Source: a virus (lineage: Duplodnaviria; Caudoviricetes). Taken from it: a DNA stretch of 64,000 bases. The translations under genes and the position numbers were made by a program. Where the stretch lies: positions 1 through 64,000 of IMG/VR virus record IMGVR_UViG_2576861683_000003; one strand, written 5' to 3'. Positions 47,807 through 57,560 of the stretch are shown here, one piece after another. The first letter of the stretch is position 1. Every line of letters starts with the position of its first letter. Under the pieces are notes generated by a model. That model made no database searches and was not told where the DNA came from. It was given only the letters and a program-made list of their open reading frames with translations.

Positions 47807-48190
47807 TTATAGCTCTTTTATTGGATATGTTTTTTCCGTTTTAGCACCATCACTATAAATTTCAGAAATCGTGATATCCCCACCATTTACAGAATATTTC
47901 ACAATGCTATCTAGAGGATCATCCCTCCATCGACCAATACTATCAGCATTATTTGATGCCCAAATTACCTTTTCACCGTTTAGCTTGCATTTAATAGCCC
48001 AGCGACTGTTATCTACTGAACGAATGTAATGAACATAAGCAATACCGTTTTCAATAGTATCTAATTGCATAATCTTATGATCTCGACCAAACATGGTTGC
48101 CGCAGACGCTTTACATACTTGCCCTACATCGACATTTTGTGCAAATACAGAAGAACTAAACAGTAGTGATAATAATAAGATTTTTTTCAC
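47807..48190 (-). CDS. Exported hypothetical protein
   Basis: Signal peptide ending VFA; Cys pair. Confidence 0.7.
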   Translation of the reverse strand: MKKILLLSLLFSSSVFAQNVDVGQVCKASAATMFGRDHKIMQLDTIENGIAYVHYIRSVDNSRWAIKCKLNGEKVIWASNNADSIGRWRDDPLDSIVKYSVNGGDITISEIYSDGAKTEKTYPIKEL

Positions 48191-48375
48191 AAATTTAATC
48201 TCTCATTTAAGATAAGTCATTATGCATATCGTCAATTAATCGAAAAGCTTTATCTTGAATTTTTATTTATAAAACAATTATTCAATCTTATCTTTATCTA
48301 CGGTTTATCAAGTGTAAATTCATCTTTTATGCAAGAAAAATACAAACTAATACCTTTTCTTATAATATAAAGTAT

Positions 48376-48582
48376 TTAATCAATTCTTTTACTTGTTCGC
48401 TTATAAAAATCATCTTGTTTTAAAATTAATTCCGCCATTTCTAATTGAGTGAGTAAAAACTCACAACTTTCATAACTGAGTTTAGATTCACTTACGATTT
48501 CTATTATATTCTTACACGTACTTTGTGATATCATTTCTAATATATCATATGCCTGAATAGTCATATCACTCTGTTTTATCAT
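48376..48582 (-). CDS. Small wHTH phage protein typically upstream of the lambdoid methylase
   Basis: M.KQ.DMT..A and LS.E.C..LLTQL.MA.L pattern. Confidence 0.65.
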   Translation of the reverse strand: MIKQSDMTIQAYDILEMISQSTCKNIIEIVSESKLSYESCEFLLTQLEMAELILKQDDFYKRTSKRID

Positions 48583-48887
48583 GATATTTCACACCTTTAT
48601 TTTAAACAAATAATATATCTAAAGGTGTAACTCTTCATCCTATAAACAGCAAGTTCTTTTGTCAGATTATTTTTAAATAAATAACTTTATTGATAATTAT
48701 AAAAACAAAAATATTAATTTATATATTTAAGATATTTTTATAAATAGAAATACTAATCTACTACATTTAAAAATAGGAATCACTTCAATTGAAAAAATAC
48801 AATAATTATTTAAAATAAAAAATGTTAACCGATGTATTAACAAATTACTTATAATACATTATTTCATCAAACTCATATGGGTATATT

Positions 48888-49160
48888 ATGATTAATAAAA
48901 ATTGGCATGCAGCAGATATTATCGCATCATTAAAGAAAAAAGGGACAACGTTAGCAGAGATCTCCAGAGGTGCTGGTTTAAGTTCCTCAACTCTAGCTAA
49001 TGCGTTGTCCCGACCATGGCCTAAAGGTGAACAAATTATCGCTCAAAAACTTAATTTGCCACCCTCAACAATATGGCCTGAAAGATATTTTGATGAAAAC
49101 GGAAATCAAATTATCCGAAAGACAAGAGAACAAAAATTTAATGATAAAAATAAAGAATAG
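48888..49160 (+). CDS. Ner/Nlp (SfsB)-family regulator
   Basis: WH.ADIIA.L.KKG, LANAL.RPWPKGE, IWP.RY. Confidence 0.9.
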   Translation: MINKNWHAADIIASLKKKGTTLAEISRGAGLSSSTLANALSRPWPKGEQIIAQKLNLPPSTIWPERYFDENGNQIIRKTREQKFNDKNKE

Positions 49161-49168
49161 ATTCATCA

Positions 49169-49429
49169 TTAGCAATATTTATTATAATATAATTCAATGA
49201 TATCTTCTGCCAGATTATCATTAACAGTATAAAAATAACATTCAGGCAAATTAAGTACTTTGGCTAGCTTACATACCATATCAAAGCTTGGTTTATGTAA
49301 CCCAGACTCGTATTGCGAAATTCTAGAACGAGAACTAGCTATTTCCATTCCAACTAAAGCACCTAATCTTGCCTGAGTTAACTTTGCCCTTTTACGGGCA
49401 TATCTCAATCTAATAGGAACCATAATCAA
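49169..49429 (-). CDS. XRE-family HTH regulator
   Basis: RL..AR....LTQ..LG; RISQYESG.H.P. Confidence 0.85.
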   Translation of the reverse strand: MIMVPIRLRYARKRAKLTQARLGALVGMEIASSRSRISQYESGLHKPSFDMVCKLAKVLNLPECYFYTVNDNLAEDIIELYYNKYC

Positions 49430-49596
49430 AAACTAATTAATATTTTAAATTCATAATGGTTTTGTGATTTTTATCTTCATTATCCTCCTTATAATAAATA
49501 CTTGGTAAACTCTGTAAATGTGACATTATTATATTAATGTTTTTATTTTATATCATAAAGTAAAAAAACGCGTATAGCACTTTTTTAAAACGAATT

Positions 49597-49857
49597 TTAT
49601 AGTGGATTATATTTTTCATTATAAATAAAAATTAGCTCTTCTGCGAATTCATCATTTAAAGTGTAAAAATAATTTTCTGGTACTTTCAATATTTTGGCAA
49701 ATCGGCAAATAGTTTCAAAATTAGGACGATGTGTGCCTGACTCATATTGGCAAACTCTAATTTTAGCTGACTCCTCATCTATCCCAGCTAAAATCCCCAA
49801 CTCCTCTTGAGTTAATTCAACTCTTGCTCTTGCCGTTTTTAGTCTTTTAGGGATCAT
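49597..49857 (-). CDS. XRE-family HTH regulator (paralogue of 49169..49429)
   Basis: MIPKRLK.AR; QYESGTHRP; YFY. Confidence 0.85.
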   Translation of the reverse strand: MIPKRLKTARARVELTQEELGILAGIDEESAKIRVCQYESGTHRPNFETICRFAKILKVPENYFYTLNDEFAEELIFIYNEKYNPL

Positions 49858-50083
49858 AATAACTCTAACATTTAAAATGAAGATGTAAGTTTATATCATA
49901 AAAATTCAAACCTTAAAAATTAAGCATTACTTAACAAGATTAGGCTATATAAACATTAATTAAAGTAGTATTTGATGTTTCATTATTTAATATTACCATT
50001 TTAGATAAATTATAAGCTAGGTAAATATCTTTATTTTTATTAGATTAACAGCTAATTTGCGTAGCGCGTTAATACTTTTTTAT

Positions 50084-50478
50084 TTAATTTGTTTTCTTAT
50101 AACAAGAAACTTCATGATCCATCTCTAAACGTATTTCTAACATTGCCAGCCCACCTTCAACAAAACCCTCTGCGACTTGTATAATTTGACGAACTCGGCT
50201 TTCACTTATTTTCCAACGCCTCGCAATACTTCTTTTAGGATGCTGATAAATATAATGTAATATAAGTGCATTCACCTCTTCTTCTTTTCTCAGTTGTTTA
50301 GGCGAGCGATAGCTGAATCAATGATCAATCCATCATCATCGCAACAACTTATACGAGATGATGATTGATAAGGTAATATCCCTTTAAAACCCGCAGCAAT
50401 ATGAGAATAATCCACACCACTTTGTACATCAGATGCCCAAGCACCCCATCGTTCTAATACTTGCTGTATATCTCTCAT
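50084..50478 (-). pseudogene. Antiterminator Q, frameshifted near 50297
   Basis: [21 protein letters not shown] and ..AEGFVEG halves are in different frames. Confidence 0.88.
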
Positions 50479-50491
50479 GTCGCAAATACCT

Positions 50492-51583
50492 TTATCCAAT
50501 ACTATTGTGGTGTGTTGAACGCGCAATTAACTGTGCGGACTGATACCAAATTTCTTTCCAAAGCGCTTTAGCATTATGAATATGCATTCGCCCTAAACCA
50601 CGTTGTAAGGCGATTTTTTTCGCGAGGATCTGAAGGGCTGTTTTAGGCTTCCATGCTGAACTAAATAACAGACTAAATGTGTTATCTCTTTCAGCACAAT
50701 CGATTTCAATAGGGATCTCACCCTCCTTTAAGCACCGCCCATTTTGATAAGCCGGTCGTCCTTTTAATTGCCATTTTTTCGCTTTATCAAGATACTCTGC
50801 ACAATTGTTTTTATGGAACAGAGTTTTAGGTCTTAAATAATCCTGCATTTTATTATCATTAAGCCATTTTGCTGTTAGGTAATCGGTAATTAAGATCAAT
50901 TCATCAACTTGAAAACCATCAGCTAACCTCGCTCGAACATAGCTCAACGTGGTTTGACATTCTCGATAATGGGAGTGGGTTTTTTTATTAAAATAGCGAA
51001 TAATGTCTATTTCAGGTCGCTCACGATTTGATAATGAGCAATCTGAACAAGATCTTTTAAGGTTACTCTTTGTAGTAATCTTTGTTGTATTCTCTGTAAG
51101 AAGAGCCCTACTTGAACCGTTCTGAGACTGACTTTTGCTTCCCTTCGATTGTTCCTGTTTGGCACCATCGAATGCACGTATTTTCGTTTTATTATCACTA
51201 CCTTCTTCACTCGTATTTTGCTCTTCATCTACTGTTTTCAAAATCTTATGCTGATAATTAATACTATAAAAGTTAGTACGATCATGAAGGTGTTTGTTGA
51301 GCTGTCTCACTTCAATCAATCCAGCCGTTCGAAGATGAGTAAAGACGCGTTTTAGTGTTGATAGAGATAAGTAGGGAAACTGTAAATGCCAATCAGGTAA
51401 TGTATTGTAGATCCATCGCCGTCCTTCATATTCAACACCCGATGTTGTTTCTGTTATCCAATAATGTAATTGTTGCAAAACAATTGCTTCGTATAACCCA
51501 ATTTGAATGGCTAATTCAGGTATGACTATCTGAGGACGTGTTTTTTCCATTAATAATTTCATGTGAATTCCTTTTTCTACCAT
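50492..51583 (-). CDS. Phage replication initiator (O-like)
   Basis: [24 protein letters not shown]. Confidence 0.85.
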   Translation of the reverse strand: MVEKGIHMKLLMEKTRPQIVIPELAIQIGLYEAIVLQQLHYWITETTSGVEYEGRRWIYNTLPDWHLQFPYLSLSTLKRVFTHLRTAGLIEVRQLNKHLHDRTNFYSINYQHKILKTVDEEQNTSEEGSDNKTKIRAFDGAKQEQSKGSKSQSQNGSSRALLTENTTKITTKSNLKRSCSDCSLSNRERPEIDIIRYFNKKTHSHYRECQTTLSYVRARLADGFQVDELILITDYLTAKWLNDNKMQDYLRPKTLFHKNNCAEYLDKAKKWQLKGRPAYQNGRCLKEGEIPIEIDCAERDNTFSLLFSSAWKPKTALQILAKKIALQRGLGRMHIHNAKALWKEIWYQSAQLIARSTHHNSIG

Positions 51584-51883
51584 TCTTTTAAAAAAAAGAT
51601 GCGCATCAAATTAAAAATAATTTAATTGAAAAAATAACAAAAGATGGTAATTCCACTTTTGTTTTGTAAAATATTCCGTTGCATTAATTTTAATTAGCAC
51701 ACTTAACGAAAAAATCTAATTCGTTATTACTATTGAAACTATCGTGAGTTAAATTAATAGGATTAATTTAAATAACATCTTTATAGATTAAATTAATCAG
51801 TTATCGATTACGCTATTAAAATTAACAAATAGAGAATGGACACGCAAATCATTTTTACTTAAATAAAAGGAAATGGGAATTAC

Positions 51884-52543
51884 ATGAGAAACAAAATGCA
51901 TACCCGAATTAGAGAGCGTCGATTGCAATTAGCTTTAACACAAGAGTCATTAGCAAAGATGTTAAGTGTCAGCCGAGTTTCTATTACAAAATGGGAAACC
52001 CAAGTCACCGAGCCCGATGGGGAAAACTTACAAATGCTGGCTAAAGTTCTTGAAGTTTCACCCGAATGGTTACTTTATGGTGGAACATCATCCGATGCTG
52101 ATGCATTAATAATCACACGCAAGACAATGAATATTCGTCAAATTCCCGTTATCACACTAGAGCAAACCCTTGATTGGAATGCACGTTATGAAACATTAAG
52201 ATTGAGTGATATTCAAACTTGGTGTTATGCGACAGTACCTGTTTCTGAGCAGGCTTATGGGCTTGTGTATCAAGGTGAATCAATGACTAACCCTTACTCG
52301 CTCCCCTCCATACCAAAGGGCTCAACGATTATTATCGAGCCGGAATTTAAAAATAATATTGAATTATATGGAAAAATAATCATCGCGAAAAATAGTATTA
52401 CCCATGATGTGGTAATTAAGAAATTGATATCAGAACCCCCTCATCTTTATTTGGTTTCATTAAATACCGCCTTTACGCCTATATTATTAACTCATGATTA
52501 TCAAATTATTGGTTATGTGATACAAATTATTCAAACACTTTAA
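51884..52543 (+). CDS. CI-like repressor (HTH + S24 peptidase)
   Basis: LTQE.LA..L.VSRVSI.KWE; GESM; KKL. Confidence 0.9.
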   Translation: MRNKMHTRIRERRLQLALTQESLAKMLSVSRVSITKWETQVTEPDGENLQMLAKVLEVSPEWLLYGGTSSDADALIITRKTMNIRQIPVITLEQTLDWNARYETLRLSDIQTWCYATVPVSEQAYGLVYQGESMTNPYSLPSIPKGSTIIIEPEFKNNIELYGKIIIAKNSITHDVVIKKLISEPPHLYLVSLNTAFTPILLTHDYQIIGYVIQIIQTL

Positions 52544-52560
52544 CTTATTTAGTTTAATTT

Positions 52561-52586
52561 ATTGAGCTGGATCACTTCAGCTCAAT
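52561..52586. terminator. Hairpin after cI
   Basis: attgagctg gatcactt cagctcaat. Confidence 0.6.
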
Positions 52587-52799
52587 ATGTACTTCCCCTT
52601 ACAGTGTTATTGTCTATAAAGAAACATAGAGTACAATTAATCACAATTAACAAACACCCTCTCATTTAAAAAATAAAGAAACAAAAGACGAAAAATATAA
52701 TTACATATTAATTAGTCATCAAATAAATACAGCATTCATTTATTTAAAATAAAGGAATAATCATTATTAATTCATTTTTAATAATATAAGGAAAGAATA

Positions 52800-53042
52800 A
52801 TGCAAGTATTAACATTAAAAGAATGGGCTGAGAAACGATACAAAAGTCGTCCGCCGTCTCTCACCACATTAAGTCGCTATGCGCGATTAGGTTTTTTCTG
52901 CCCTCCCGCAAGGAAAGAAGGTGGCATGTGGCGAGTAAGAGAAGATGCAGATTTAGTCGGCATGTTAGCTATCCCTTCAATCAATACCTTTGATGATCCA
53001 ATATTAAGGAAGATACTGAAAGATGATCGGACGACCTCGTGA
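52800..53042 (+). CDS. xis: Excisionase
   Basis: TL.EWA..RY..PPS..TL, PPA.KEG..WRV.EDA; overlaps int. Confidence 0.88.
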   Translation: MQVLTLKEWAEKRYKSRPPSLTTLSRYARLGFFCPPARKEGGMWRVREDADLVGMLAIPSINTFDDPILRKILKDDRTTS

Positions 53043-54150
53043 GAAAAACATTGATATCCCAAATTTATATACAACGTATCACCCAAGAATGCGAAAAATG
53101 TATTGGCGATATCGTCATCCTATAACGGGTAAATTTCATTCTTTGGGCGCAGATGAAACTCAAGCACGACTAATCGCCATCGAAGCCAATAGCCGTATTG
53201 CAGAGCAAAGAACGCGTCAAATTCTAGCCATCAGTGATCGTATTGCAACTGACAAAGATGAGTCGATTACGGTTGCCACATGGTTAGATCGTTATTGGAA
53301 TATCCAAAAAGAGCGCTTAGATCAAGGAGAGATACAACTTGCCACCTATCGACAAAAGAAAAAACCCATCGCCCTTATGCGCCAAAAATTAGCTTTACTC
53401 CCATTGGATAAAGTAGGTACTCGAGATTTGGTCAGTATTCTCGACGAGTATAAAACGGCGGGACAATCGCGTATGGCACAGGTCGTTAGATCCGTTTTTA
53501 GTGATATTTTTAAAGAAGCACAACATGCGGGTGAAGTTCCACCAGGTTATAACCCCGCATTGGCAACCAAAAGGCCAAAAACTCGGATAAAACGTCAAAG
53601 ATTGACTTTAGATGAGTGGCATCAGATTTATGATTTAGCAGACAAACAACACCGTTATATGGGTAATGCGATGCTCCTTGCTATCGTAACAGGTCAGCGT
53701 ATTAGCGATATCTCACGGATGCGTTTTCAAGATATTTGGGATGACCATTTACATGTTGTTCAAGGAAAAACGGGCGCTAAAGTGGCCATTCCCCTTTCTT
53801 TACGCAATCAGGCCATCAATGTTTCACTTAAAGAAATCGTTGACCGCTGTCGTGATCGCGTGGTAAGCCACTATTTAATTCACTATTTTCGGAGTACATC
53901 ACAAGGGCAACGAGGAGGTCCAGTCACCGCAAATACGATGACAACGAATTTCACCAAAGCAAGAAATAAAACCAATATTGATTGGGGTGAAGGAATGCCA
54001 GCGTCCTTTCATGAGCAACGTTCATTATCAGAACGTTTATATCGAAAACAGGGTATCGATACGCAAGCTTTATTAGGACATGCCACTCGAGCACAGACAG
54101 ACCGTTATAATGATGTTCGTGGAAAAGAATGGATAACCATCGCGTGTTAA
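53023..54150 (+). CDS. int: Intact phage 21/e14-family tyrosine integrase
   Basis: Arm-binding N-terminus plus R, K, HxxR, H, Y catalytic residues. Confidence 0.95.
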   Translation: MIGRPREKNIDIPNLYTTYHPRMRKMYWRYRHPITGKFHSLGADETQARLIAIEANSRIAEQRTRQILAISDRIATDKDESITVATWLDRYWNIQKERLDQGEIQLATYRQKKKPIALMRQKLALLPLDKVGTRDLVSILDEYKTAGQSRMAQVVRSVFSDIFKEAQHAGEVPPGYNPALATKRPKTRIKRQRLTLDEWHQIYDLADKQHRYMGNAMLLAIVTGQRISDISRMRFQDIWDDHLHVVQGKTGAKVAIPLSLRNQAINVSLKEIVDRCRDRVVSHYLIHYFRSTSQGQRGGPVTANTMTTNFTKARNKTNIDWGEGMPASFHEQRSLSERLYRKQGIDTQALLGHATRAQTDRYNDVRGKEWITIAC

Positions 54151-54453
54151 TCTTATTTCTGACCTTATTTTAATTCATCAGATAATCTGCAAATGATAAT
54201 TTTCGCCACGTTTATCATGCGGTTTGCAGATTATTTTCTTTCTTTTCCATTTCGCCATAAACAAAACCTTATCGCCTCTTTTAACGTGTTGATTTTAACA
54301 CTTACGTTTTATTCATTGTTTGTTTGGTTTTGCTACATTAGGCTACTTTTAATACAAAAATACGCATCAACACGTTACACGTACTCATAAAAAATCCTGT
54401 AACAAAAACGGGAACCCTTAAGTTCCCGTAATCAATTCACAACACTAATTATA

Positions 54454-54618
54454 TTACATATGTTTGATAATCGCGTCACCAAACTCGCTACATTTCAGCA
54501 GTTTAGCACCTTCTAATTGACGTTCGAAATCATAAGTGACAGTCTTAGCAGCAATCGCGCCTTCCATACCTTTAATGATTAAGTCAGCGGCTTCTGTCCA
54601 ACCCATGTGGCGTAGCAT
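54454..54618 (-). pseudogene. icd: Duplicated 3' end of icd (att junction B/C)
   Basis: [13 protein letters not shown]...DAIIKHM*; about 11 nt differences from the 7606 copy. Confidence 0.95.
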
Positions 54619-54823
54619 TATATAAACCCGCTATCATTAACTAATTGTTTATTAAGGTATATTTACTCTTGTTTGGTTCAAAAGACCATGAATATGCCTT
54701 TTTATAACTAGTTGATTAACATAATGCTTTTATTGGTTTTGATAACCATGTGTATTATTTTATTACTATACTTATATCTGAGTGAACAACTAAATAATAT
54801 GTTAAGTTGAATGTAATAATAAA

Positions 54824-55810
54824 TTACTGTTTTGATTTTAAAATATCCTTTAATATTAATAAAATATTTTTTTCTTCATTCATTTCTATTCTATCTCTTT
54901 CTAAAGATACTGTTGACTGTCCTTTTTCAAGAATAAAATTTCTTTCTGTTTTAATAAGTTCATTTAAAATATCTATTTTTAATTCTTCATTTTTTATATC
55001 ATTTAAAATTCTTATTCCTAAAAATTTAGAATCAATATTAGTTAATTCATTCTGAAAATACTTCACCTCTTCAAATCCATTTTTATAAAGTCTTAAGAAA
55101 AAATAAGCAAAAATCTCAATAAGAATAACAAATAAAACTCTAGGTATAATATGAAATAAATATAATATTTTATCAGTAATAACAACTGGCTCTGTTACCA
55201 CATATCCAAGATACACAATGCCGACTATTGCAATAGCCACACCAACAACTAAATTGACTCCTCCCCTTCTATTTAATCTATCTATTTCCCCTTGTAATCT
55301 ACGTGTTATATTTTCCTGATATCTAAATAAACTAATTCTATCTTTATAATTTTTTACATCTTCTCGTAAACTGATATTTGCTGCTTTTATCGTATTATTG
55401 ATGATTCTTTTTTTAGCTTGAGATATTAGCTTCTCTTTTTCATCATTAGTTAAATCAATACTTTCTGTATTCTGTGCAAGATTTGAAATCTTCTCATTCA
55501 ATTCCATTTTAATAGAAGCAATCTCAGTTTTTATTATTTTTAATATATCCCTCTTATCATAGTCATCACTATTTATACCACGCCCTATTCCACGATTAAC
55601 ATATGTAATTAAGATAGCACTAATTGTTGCAACAATAACAGATATAAAAAAAACCTTATAATTATCAATCAAATAAATAACCCTTTCTTTATAAAATTGG
55701 CTCAAACTCATAAAAAATACAACAAAAAAAATACTGCTAAGTAATATAGTCAAAACTATTATATATTTTCTCAAATAACACCCCTTATAAACATAAATAT
55801 TTTTAGCCAA
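54824..55810 (-). CDS. 4-TM coiled-coil membrane protein, candidate defence moron
   Basis: 2TM - coiled coil - 2TM; very AT-rich; YFFLRLYK..KYFQNELTN motif. Confidence 0.65.
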   Translation of the reverse strand: MAKNIYVYKGCYLRKYIIVLTILLSSIFFVVFFMSLSQFYKERVIYLIDNYKVFFISVIVATISAILITYVNRGIGRGINSDDYDKRDILKIIKTEIASIKMELNEKISNLAQNTESIDLTNDEKEKLISQAKKRIINNTIKAANISLREDVKNYKDRISLFRYQENITRRLQGEIDRLNRRGGVNLVVGVAIAIVGIVYLGYVVTEPVVITDKILYLFHIIPRVLFVILIEIFAYFFLRLYKNGFEEVKYFQNELTNIDSKFLGIRILNDIKNEELKIDILNELIKTERNFILEKGQSTVSLERDRIEMNEEKNILLILKDILKSKQ

Positions 55811-55848
55811 TTTAATAACTAGAGTATTATACTAAAAATTATTTCGTT

Positions 55849-55895
55849 GTCATGGGGTGTCAGAGATATAGGTTCAAACCCTATAACACAAAACA
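55849..55895 (+). other. Degenerate 3' half of tRNA-Pro(GGG), relic att core
   Basis: gtcatggggtgtcagagatataggttcaaaccct compared with proL GTCATGGGGTGTCGGGGGTCGGAGGTTCAAATCCT. Confidence 0.6.
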
Positions 55896-56357
55896 AAATT
55901 AACCATGAAATCAACCACTTATTTTTTTTGATTTTATGACTAAAATTGCTTAGTATAAAAAAACATCAAATTCACCTTATTTAAAACCCACTTATCGCTC
56001 TATTCCTATGCTATAATTACTCTAAAATACATTAATATAGCTTATAAAGAATTTACAGAAGTAACACAAGAAGATAAAAACAACGTTATTCTATCTGTAA
56101 GTAGTGTTGCATATAAAAATAATTAGCGTTTTATTGTGTAAGAAACAAGAAGTTGCCTGATGCGAAATCGATGCAATACTTGAAAATGGAATAATAATCA
56201 TCAGTTAATATTTGAGTTAATAAATTTTTATAGAATATAACTAAGTTTGGCTATCAGCCTTGAGCAAGAAGCCAGCAATTTTTCTATAAAGCACTTTTAT
56301 CTTTTCAATACAACATGCAGAAATTCAATCAATTACTATCTTATTTTGAGGATTTAT

Positions 56358-57368
56358 ATGACTCCACAATTACTAAAATTTCACTCTGAAACTCCAGTAT
56401 TGATGATGCCAAATGCTCCCTCCGTACTAAAAAATAAAAGATTAGATGGCACTGAAATGCTTTTTACACCTACTCGGGGGGATAAAGTTCATATTTCGGG
56501 CATTTCAAGAGATTATCACCTTTATATCATGGCCTCCAGAATATCTTCATCCTTTAACACTACCGCTGAATGGAACGCTCATCATAAAAAGATTGATTGT
56601 GAAATTATTTTCCACACTTTTCCTACCGAAACTATAGTTAAAGCTGAGATATTATTTGATGGTAGTTCACCGTATCCAATTCCATCCATAATCGATGTAT
56701 CTTGCATAAAATCAGTAAAACCAATTCAATACGATAATCTAGGTTATTTTGTAGGACTCGAGTTCACTTATACTGATCCCAATAAAGAAAGTAATAGTTT
56801 CTTTTTAAACGCGGGTCTCATGCCTTTTTTAAAGTTAATAAATCCTCCAAAATTTCTTACTGATTTCAACATTGAATACATTGGAATAGCTTGTGGACCT
56901 AGTGGAACAAGGAATGTATTTCAGAGAGCAAACGCACATGAAAAAGCCGTAGAGATTCAAGCGGATATAATACAAAAAAAAGGAAACCGTTCCCTTTACA
57001 TTTTTGCTTATAACCCAGAGTTTGTTGTTTTAAATAAACGTGGTCCTTCGATAACCACTTCCAGAGATATGATAGTATCTTTAGTCAAAGGAGGAGCCAA
57101 CAGCATTTATGAGGCAATGGAAGCAAGTTTGATTGCTTACTTTCAGCCTGAATATAATACAGAGTTTAAAGATTTTCCCTCGAAACGACCACATTGGTTA
57201 ACTGGGAAAATTAATTCGTTTGATGGCATAGTTCTAAATATCAATGAGATAGAAGTTAAGCTTGTTTCCGATTACTCTAATATCATAGCTTCACCATGGA
57301 CATTTGGCCAATTTTCAACTGCTGCTCAACCAGCGCGTCCAGAACATATTGTGAATATAAATGTTTAA
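56358..57368 (+). CDS. Protein with GIY-YIG-like nuclease C-terminus
   Basis: EYIGIA..R..QRA.AHEK and EASLIAYFQPEYN; ORF track start is 56247. Confidence 0.6.
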   Translation: MTPQLLKFHSETPVLMMPNAPSVLKNKRLDGTEMLFTPTRGDKVHISGISRDYHLYIMASRISSSFNTTAEWNAHHKKIDCEIIFHTFPTETIVKAEILFDGSSPYPIPSIIDVSCIKSVKPIQYDNLGYFVGLEFTYTDPNKESNSFFLNAGLMPFLKLINPPKFLTDFNIEYIGIACGPSGTRNVFQRANAHEKAVEIQADIIQKKGNRSLYIFAYNPEFVVLNKRGPSITTSRDMIVSLVKGGANSIYEAMEASLIAYFQPEYNTEFKDFPSKRPHWLTGKINSFDGIVLNINEIEVKLVSDYSNIIASPWTFGQFSTAAQPARPEHIVNINV

Positions 57369-57560
57369 ATTGTCTTTAAGCACCAAGTTGATTTCATCTT
57401 TTTGATAAATGATGTGGCACACGCCACATAAAATCATCTTAATAGCACATTCACTCTTGTCTCAAAGTTAAATACTAACTAGGATATTTGACGTTGAGCT
57501 GTCACAGCATGGATTTTAATCTGAGCCAATACAATTAATTATTAAAGCAATTCATCATCT

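Larger units (their letters stand above)
7771..54618. mobile_element. Cryptic lambdoid prophage B bounded by icd 3'-end repeats
   Basis: int, xis, cI, O, Q, lysis, terminase, head and tail modules between two icd' copies. Confidence 0.9.

Noticed and set aside
49169-49857. MrpJ-family fimbrial regulators
   Set aside because: They lack the SQQQFSRYE signature; called generic XRE
51090-51200. Replication-origin iterons within O
   Set aside because: Expected at this position, but I could not identify convincing direct repeats
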